Made by a program: the position numbers and the translations under genes
NCBI GenBank assembly: GCA_047975285.1
Contig: JBKEDG010000011.1
Span: forward strand, 6,777-70,776
Source of the DNA: Bacilli bacterium
Lineage (GTDB): Bacteria; Bacillota_I; Bacilli_A; JBKEDG01
Direction: 5' to 3'
Length of the DNA stretch: 64,000 nt
The notes under the pieces: model-generated
The model's input: only the letters and a program-made list of their open reading frames with translations
The model's database searches: none
What the model was told of the DNA's origin: nothing
Part shown: in pieces, positions 59,291-64,000 of the stretch
Position numbering within the stretch: the first letter of the stretch is position 1
How the letters are laid out: the number at the start of each line of letters is the position of its first letter

Positions 59291-59724
59291 ATAAAAAAAT
59301 TATGCATATAGCAATTATAATTGTTCTTATCTTAGCGATTATATTTAGTGTGAAATATCAGATATATTACATAATTGGATCAAGTATGGAGCCAACTATA
59401 CATAAAAATAGTTTTATAATAGTAAAAGAAAATCAGCAACCTAAATATGGAGACATAATTGTTATTGATTTTGGAGATAACATGGAAAAAGAGGCGAAGA
59501 GAATTGTTGGTATTCCAGGGGACAAGATTATCTTAAGTGATTATGTTTATGTAAATGGTGTAAAATATATAAATAGTCGTTGTGATGTTGACACGTGTGT
59601 AGAACAAGAATATCAGTTGAATATAGATGAGTATTTTGTGGTCGGAGATAACTATTTAAGAAGTATCGATAGTAGAATTTTTGGTGCAATAAAATCTAAA
59701 CAGATCTTAGGAGTACATAATTAA
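59275..59724 (+). CDS. Signal peptidase I (S26 family)
   Basis: 149 aa. N-terminal TM helix, catalytic Ser box GSSMEPTI and Lys box AKRIVGIPGDKI. The start overlaps the ABC ATPase stop by 16 nt. Confidence 0.8.
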   Translation: MYSFINKKIMHIAIIIVLILAIIFSVKYQIYYIIGSSMEPTIHKNSFIIVKENQQPKYGDIIVIDFGDNMEKEAKRIVGIPGDKIILSDYVYVNGVKYINSRCDVDTCVEQEYQLNIDEYFVVGDNYLRSIDSRIFGAIKSKQILGVHN

Positions 59725-59752
59725 AAAAATATAATAAAATACCTAGTTTGGG

Positions 59753-59785
59753 GGACTTCTAACACAAAAGAAGGTCCTTTTTTAT
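59753..59785 (+). terminator. Rho-independent terminator after the signal peptidase gene
   Basis: Stem ggacttct/agaag(g)tcc with one bulge, followed by T6. Confidence 0.65.
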
Positions 59786-59896
59786 AAGATAAATTAATTT
59801 AAATCAATAATATTAATCTTTTTAGATCTGACTACATTTAGTATAAATGTTGAGATTTGATTAATAATTATGTATAATATATGAAGAGGTGATACA

Positions 59897-60553
59897 ATGA
59901 AAAAATTATTAATATTAATCTTTGTTATAAGTGTCTTATCAGGTTGTAATCAAAATGAAAAAAATGAAAGTGTTGATATTAAATACGAGGATAATAACGA
60001 AGTTACGTATAAAATTGAAAGTGATAAAGAAAATCCAGTCGCACTAATTACTTTGTCTGATGGGGAAGAGATTGCTCTTGAATTGTATCCAGAGTATGCT
60101 CCCAATACTGTTACTAATTTCATATATTTAGCTAATGAGAAGAATTATTATGATGGTTTGATATTTCACAGAGTAATTGAGGATTTTATGGTTCAAGGAG
60201 GATGTCCGTATGGTACTGGCGTAGGAAATCCTGGATATAGTATTTTAGGAGAATTTACATCCAATGGGTTTAGTCAAAATAATTTACTAAACAAAAAGGG
60301 AACTATTGCAATGGCTAGGTCTCAAGAACCAGATTCAGCAGGAGGGCAATTCTTTATAAATGTTGAAGATAATGACTATCTTGATGGAGAGTATGCTGTA
60401 TTTGGAATAGTTGTATCAGGATATGATGTTGTCTTGGATATTAGTAAAACAAAAACAAATGAAAATGACAGACCACTCAAAGAGGTAAAAATCTCAAAAA
60501 TTCGTGTAGACACTAAAGGTGTAGAGTATGGTGAGCCAGAGGTGATTAAGTAA
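59897..60553 (+). CDS. Cyclophilin-type peptidyl-prolyl isomerase lipoprotein
   Basis: Lipobox VLSGC. Motifs FHRVIEDFMVQGG, GTIAMAR and GQFFIN. Confidence 0.85.
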   Translation: MKKLLILIFVISVLSGCNQNEKNESVDIKYEDNNEVTYKIESDKENPVALITLSDGEEIALELYPEYAPNTVTNFIYLANEKNYYDGLIFHRVIEDFMVQGGCPYGTGVGNPGYSILGEFTSNGFSQNNLLNKKGTIAMARSQEPDSAGGQFFINVEDNDYLDGEYAVFGIVVSGYDVVLDISKTKTNENDRPLKEVKISKIRVDTKGVEYGEPEVIK

Positions 60554-60966
60554 TGGATGCAAGAGAAGTAATAGAGAATTTTCAAGATAAAAATAAATAT
60601 GACTTGTGTTGCAGTGAAAGCATTTTTTATGCAAGTTCTAAATACTACAATTTAAATTTTGATAATAATACATATAAACTTGCTGCAGCATTTTGTGGAG
60701 GAAACTTAACAGAAGATACTTGTGGATTATTGACAACATCAATTGCAATAATAGCTGTTATGTTTTGTGAGAGTAATTCTCATAATAGCCCACTAATGAA
60801 ATCTTATATTAAAGAATATATAGAAATATTTAACCAAAAATATACATCATCTAACTGTGGTAGATTAAAAGAGTTGTATCGTAAAGATAATGTAAGGTGT
60901 AAAAATTTTATAATAGATAGTTTTGTCACTCTAACAAACTATATAGATTCAAAACTGATTGCATAA
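60553..60966 (+). CDS. C_GCAxxG_C_C family (putative redox-active) protein
   Basis: 137 aa with Cys pattern DLCCSESI...AAAFCGGN...TCGLL...NCGRL...RCKNF. Confidence 0.55.
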   Translation: MDAREVIENFQDKNKYDLCCSESIFYASSKYYNLNFDNNTYKLAAAFCGGNLTEDTCGLLTTSIAIIAVMFCESNSHNSPLMKSYIKEYIEIFNQKYTSSNCGRLKELYRKDNVRCKNFIIDSFVTLTNYIDSKLIA

Positions 60967-60984
60967 TGTATATTATGCATTTTT
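60961..60984 (+). terminator. Rho-independent terminator
   Basis: Stem gcataat/attatgc with loop gtat, followed by aTTTTT. It overlaps the stop codon. Confidence 0.6.
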
Positions 60985-61069
60985 ACATTGAACTTTTGCA
61001 AAAATAGTATTAATAAGGTACTGTCATTTTTTAAATAATATTGACAATTTTATTAATATATATATATAC

Positions 61070-61101
61070 TATAAGTTAAACTTCTTTAAAAAGTTAGGAG
61101 A
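61070..61101 (+). promoter_or_regulatory. Shared bacteriocin promoter-proximal motif, copy 3 (includes the SD)
   Basis: tataagttaaacttctttaaaaagttaggaga contains the perfect palindrome AAGTT-A-AACTT. It is preceded by an (AT)6 tract at 61056-61068 and TTGACA at 61041-61046. Confidence 0.6.
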
Positions 61102-61106
61102 TTAAG

Positions 61107-61361
61107 ATGAGGAAAATATTTATAATACCAATTTTTGCATTGCTTTTTGTAATTGCAGTTTATGGATTTCCATTTGTTTCTAGTATGCTAGGTGTAAGTA
61201 CATATGCTGCAAAAAAAATTGTAGATGCTATTTTTATTGGCGCTGGATTTTGGACAATAGTGGGATTAATTGCTGCTGGAGGAGGAGTGGCTGCGATTGG
61301 AATGGGGTTTTTACGATATATGACAAAAAGACTTGGAAGAAAAGCGACAATTGCATGGTAA
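61107..61361 (+). CDS. Circular bacteriocin precursor, circularin A/uberolysin family
   Basis: 84 aa. The C-terminal ~58 aa (LGVSTYAAKKIVDAIFIGAGFWTIVGLIAAGGGVAAIGMGFLRYMTKRLGRKATIAW) resembles uberolysin as I recall it: an AKK(I/V)VDAI helix, a Gly/Ala-rich hydrophobic core and a basic tail ending A-I-(A/I)-W. Typical maturation genes follow. Confidence 0.75.
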   Translation: MRKIFIIPIFALLFVIAVYGFPFVSSMLGVSTYAAKKIVDAIFIGAGFWTIVGLIAAGGGVAAIGMGFLRYMTKRLGRKATIAW

Positions 61362-61381
61362 TAAATTTCTTAACTAAAATT

Positions 61382-61404
61382 ATACTCAAATTGAGTATGC
61401 TTTT
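61382..61404 (+). terminator. Hairpin (leaky terminator) after the circular bacteriocin gene
   Basis: Stem atactca/tgagtat with loop aat and tail gcTTTTa. Confidence 0.5.
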
Positions 61405-61431
61405 ATACTGCTATCATTTATAGGGACAAAG

Positions 61432-62592
61432 ATGTTTTATTTAATATATATACTTAATATTACAATTATATTAGCTATTGTTGAAAAACATATTCTAGAA
61501 CAAAACAATTCATTTTTTAAAATGATAAGTTTTCTTCCTAGCAAGATGTTGATAATTGGACTTAGTAAAATTGTTATGTTTAAAGAAAAATATTATATTT
61601 TATTAATTTTTATTATTAATATAATTCTTATTTTTTATGATAGGAGTTATAGTATAAATATTCTATTAATAGTAATTATTTTATTATTTCATGCTTATTG
61701 TATAACACGCTATAAATTGTGTGATAAATTAATACTTTATAGTATTTTAATAATATATCCTGCTGCATTACACTTTTGGGGATTTAAAATAATTATTACA
61801 ATCATTTTTTTTGGTATGATAATTATAGAATATTTGTATATTGTAATAAATAGAAAATTTTCACTAATTCAATACGAACAAAATTATTATGCATACAATA
61901 ACAGTTACTCCAATAGTAGTATTATATTGTTGTTTGTTGTACTAATATTGGGTGTGGTTCAAAATAAGTTAAGGATAGAGTACTTAAATCTAGAATTGTT
62001 TTTGGGTTATTACGTAATATATAAAATATTTCAGATTGAATTACAATTTTTGGAAAGTAGTCAAAAAATTATAAAAAAACTTAGGCAAAGAGTGAATTTA
62101 TCATTATTATATAAAAAAAGGGTTTCATATAAAGTTTTTTATTTTTCAAGTCTTAAAGATATATTTCATGAGATAGTTATAATATTCTTAGTATTTGTAT
62201 TTTTTGGTATAGTTAACAATAATATATTAGGATACATTACAACAATTTTAATGTTGATAATGTACATAACATTTATTTTTGATGTTATTATTAGGCATAA
62301 TATTTTGGGAAATTCAATTGTATATGCTAATTCAGTTGTTAAAAAATTTATTGAGATAACTTTTAGTTTTATCGCTTTTATAACTATATTAACTATAGTT
62401 ATAAATAATGGAATCAAAAACATTGATACTACAATACTTAATGATCAAGCAAGAAATGGAATAAATGAATTACTAAAATACGAGCAATATTTTTATCTTT
62501 TAATCAGTTCTATGGCAATTTGTTTTAGTTTGTTATTCCTTAGTAGACTAAAGGTTAAAGATAGTGGGGTAAAATATGATAAAAATTATTAA
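61432..62592 (+). CDS. Polytopic membrane protein, candidate circular-bacteriocin maturation/export component
   Basis: 386 aa with about 10 TM helices. I recognise no soluble domain. The position is equivalent to cirB/ublB-type genes. Confidence 0.5.
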   Translation: MFYLIYILNITIILAIVEKHILEQNNSFFKMISFLPSKMLIIGLSKIVMFKEKYYILLIFIINIILIFYDRSYSINILLIVIILLFHAYCITRYKLCDKLILYSILIIYPAALHFWGFKIIITIIFFGMIIIEYLYIVINRKFSLIQYEQNYYAYNNSYSNSSIILLFVVLILGVVQNKLRIEYLNLELFLGYYVIYKIFQIELQFLESSQKIIKKLRQRVNLSLLYKKRVSYKVFYFSSLKDIFHEIVIIFLVFVFFGIVNNNILGYITTILMLIMYITFIFDVIIRHNILGNSIVYANSVVKKFIEITFSFIAFITILTIVINNGIKNIDTTILNDQARNGINELLKYEQYFYLLISSMAICFSLLFLSRLKVKDSGVKYDKNY

Positions 62593-63187
62593 TGGTAGTT
62601 TAAAAATAAAGAATAATATAATGTTAGAAGCAGTAAATGTTACTATAGAGAGTGGGAACACATATCAAGTGACTGGTAAAAACGGATCTGGGAAAACATT
62701 ATTTTTAAATTCTTTACTGGGTATAGAGAGTAAATTTAAAGGTGAAATACGAAGAAATATAAAATTATCTGATATTGTATATATTACTGATTCTCAATTT
62801 TTTTTAGACGATGAAAAAGTGAAAGATGTGTTAAAATATATAACATGGTTATATGGAGAAAGTAACATAGAAATAGATAAAATTTTAAGACTCCTTGAAT
62901 TTAATGAAAGTAAGGATAAAAAAATTAATAAACTCTCTCATGGTACAATTAGAAAACTTTGTATTATTCCTTTATTTTTTGAAAAAAAACTTTATGTGCT
63001 TGATGAAATGTTTTCAGGAATTGATAGTGATGTCCGAAAAATTATATACAATAGATTAAGAGCGATAAAATCTAATAATGCTACAATTATTTTTGTGGAA
63101 CATTCAAAGGAAATAATTACAAAAATTAGGGAAATAACAGATGTAAAGGAGATATTATGTCAAGACAAAATTATAAGAAATTCTTGA
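62576..63187 (+). CDS. ABC transporter ATP-binding protein of the circular bacteriocin cluster
   Basis: 203 aa. Walker A GKNGSGKT, signature variant LSHGTIRK and Walker B LYVLDEMFSG. Confidence 0.75.
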   Translation: MIKIINGSLKIKNNIMLEAVNVTIESGNTYQVTGKNGSGKTLFLNSLLGIESKFKGEIRRNIKLSDIVYITDSQFFLDDEKVKDVLKYITWLYGESNIEIDKILRLLEFNESKDKKINKLSHGTIRKLCIIPLFFEKKLYVLDEMFSGIDSDVRKIIYNRLRAIKSNNATIIFVEHSKEIITKIREITDVKEILCQDKIIRNS

Positions 63188-63672
63188 TAATAGGACTATT
63201 TTTGCTACTGGTTTGGGTTTCGTATATAAAAGCATCTATGTTGCTAAATTTCTATCTAGAAATATTTAAGGGTAACAAAATATTAGAATATATAAATATA
63301 GATTATTTTATTATCCTGGGATTATTTGTAACTCTTATAATTGAAATAGTTGTTATAGTAAATATAGAATCAGTATTGTTTGATATTTTTGAAATGGATT
63401 ATAAGAAAGATGTACTATATATAGCATACATAATAACAAATATCGTGTTTGTTACTATTTCAACACTATATATTTATATTAATAATGTTTCTAATTTGTT
63501 TTTTGAGTCAATATTTAAAATGATAATTATTATAATAAATCTTTTAATAATTTATAAATACTGCTTTTACAAAGAGGCTGATAGTAAAGGTAAATTAAAA
63601 GTACTAATATGTATATGTGTTCTAATGATTATAAATGCATTAATATCCGTTGGGATTTTATATGCTGTTTAA
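63157..63672 (+). CDS. Small polytopic membrane protein (ABC permease or immunity candidate)
   Basis: 171 aa with 5 predicted TM helices. It overlaps both neighbouring genes. Confidence 0.45.
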   Translation: MSRQNYKKFLIIGLFLLLVWVSYIKASMLLNFYLEIFKGNKILEYINIDYFIILGLFVTLIIEIVVIVNIESVLFDIFEMDYKKDVLYIAYIITNIVFVTISTLYIYINNVSNLFFESIFKMIIIIINLLIIYKYCFYKEADSKGKLKVLICICVLMIINALISVGILYAV

Positions 63673-64000
63673 TAGAAATAGTTTTAAAAGAGATATGTAT
63701 AATATTTTACTCACATGGATAATAAGTTTATGCATATTCAGTTTGATTTTATTATTTTTTGATAAACTACTTGTAAAAAATATATTTTTAAAAACTTCAG
63801 AAATATAGTTATCAACTATGGATATTTTTAGTAATAATTTTAAGTTTATATTTATTTATTCAATACCTTATTTAGGTGTGGCCTATTATTTTGTAACTTT
63901 CTGTTATTCTGGAATTTTATTTAACCTATATTTTGATAATAATGGATTTGAAATTGCTAAACTTGTTCATGTTCCATTTGAAATATTTGCGTTTTCAATA
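63662..64000 (+). pseudogene. SpoIIM/DUF95-like membrane protein, in-frame TAG at 63806-63808, 3' end outside the window
   Basis: ATG 63662 overlaps the preceding stop. The frame reads MLFNRN...TM1...KTSEI-TAG-LSTMDIFSNNFKFIFIYSIPYLGVAYYF.... The F..NN.....F motif after TM1 is DUF95-like. DUF95 genes are hallmarks of circular bacteriocin loci. Confidence 0.5.

Noticed and set aside
1-64000. Alternative genetic code (TGA=Trp or Gly, or stop-codon reassignment) as the explanation for the in-frame stops.
   Set aside because: TGA ends many well-defined genes at ATGA overlaps (e.g. 13474-13476, 21080-21082, 24323-25, 51569-71). TAA and TAG also terminate conserved genes at their expected lengths. 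The in-frame stops involve all three codons in only a handful of genes.
1-64000. Search for CRISPR arrays, tRNA/rRNA genes, IS transposases, prophage or integrative-element boundaries.
   Set aside because: I could find no spaced direct-repeat arrays, no cloverleaf-like GC-rich segments, and no transposase, phage or reverse-transcriptase-like ORFs. The only recombinases are xerD, in its conserved chromosomal context, and the hsdS invertase.

Overview
This is a segment of a low-GC (about 30 %) Bacillota-type chromosome that uses the standard genetic code. TGA, TAA and TAG all end genes, and there are many ATGA overlaps.

Most genes lie on the + strand in conserved housekeeping blocks:
- nusB-xseA-xseB-ispA-dxs-recN-nudF-xerD-deoB
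- apbE-NusG_II-Gx transporter-yqeG-yqeH-GNAT-yhbY-nadD::yqeK-rsfS-comEA-comEC-holA-(rpsT)-lepA-hemW-MTHFS
- abgT, rplM-rpsI, recG
- a cobalamin-riboswitch-controlled anaerobic B12 operon: cbiK-B-D-L-F-G-H-J-ET-A-C, a Cys-rich protein, cobC

Accessory content:
1. Two sortase-anchored surface proteins at the 5' end: a giant repeat adhesin and an LRR/internalin-like protein.
2. A Type I restriction locus (34.4-40.7 kb) with hsdR, an invertible hsdS, a tyrosine recombinase, a silent hsdS' cassette and an extra half-size hsdS. No hsdM is present.
3. Three bacteriocin loci: two lactococcin-972-type clusters (16.9-19.9 kb on the minus strand, 56.4-59.3 kb on the plus strand) and an uberolysin/circularin-type circular bacteriocin cluster (61.0-64.0 kb, cut by the window end). 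All three unrelated precursor genes are preceded by the same ~30-nt promoter-proximal motif.

Six in-frame stop codons, one frameshift and a G11 tract interrupt otherwise full-length genes: lepA, an AhpD/CMD-like gene at its CxxC cysteine, both Lcn972-associated membrane genes, and a DUF95-like gene.

I recognised no rRNA, tRNA, CRISPR array, transposase or prophage. All functional calls come from reading motifs and gene order by eye. No database search was run.
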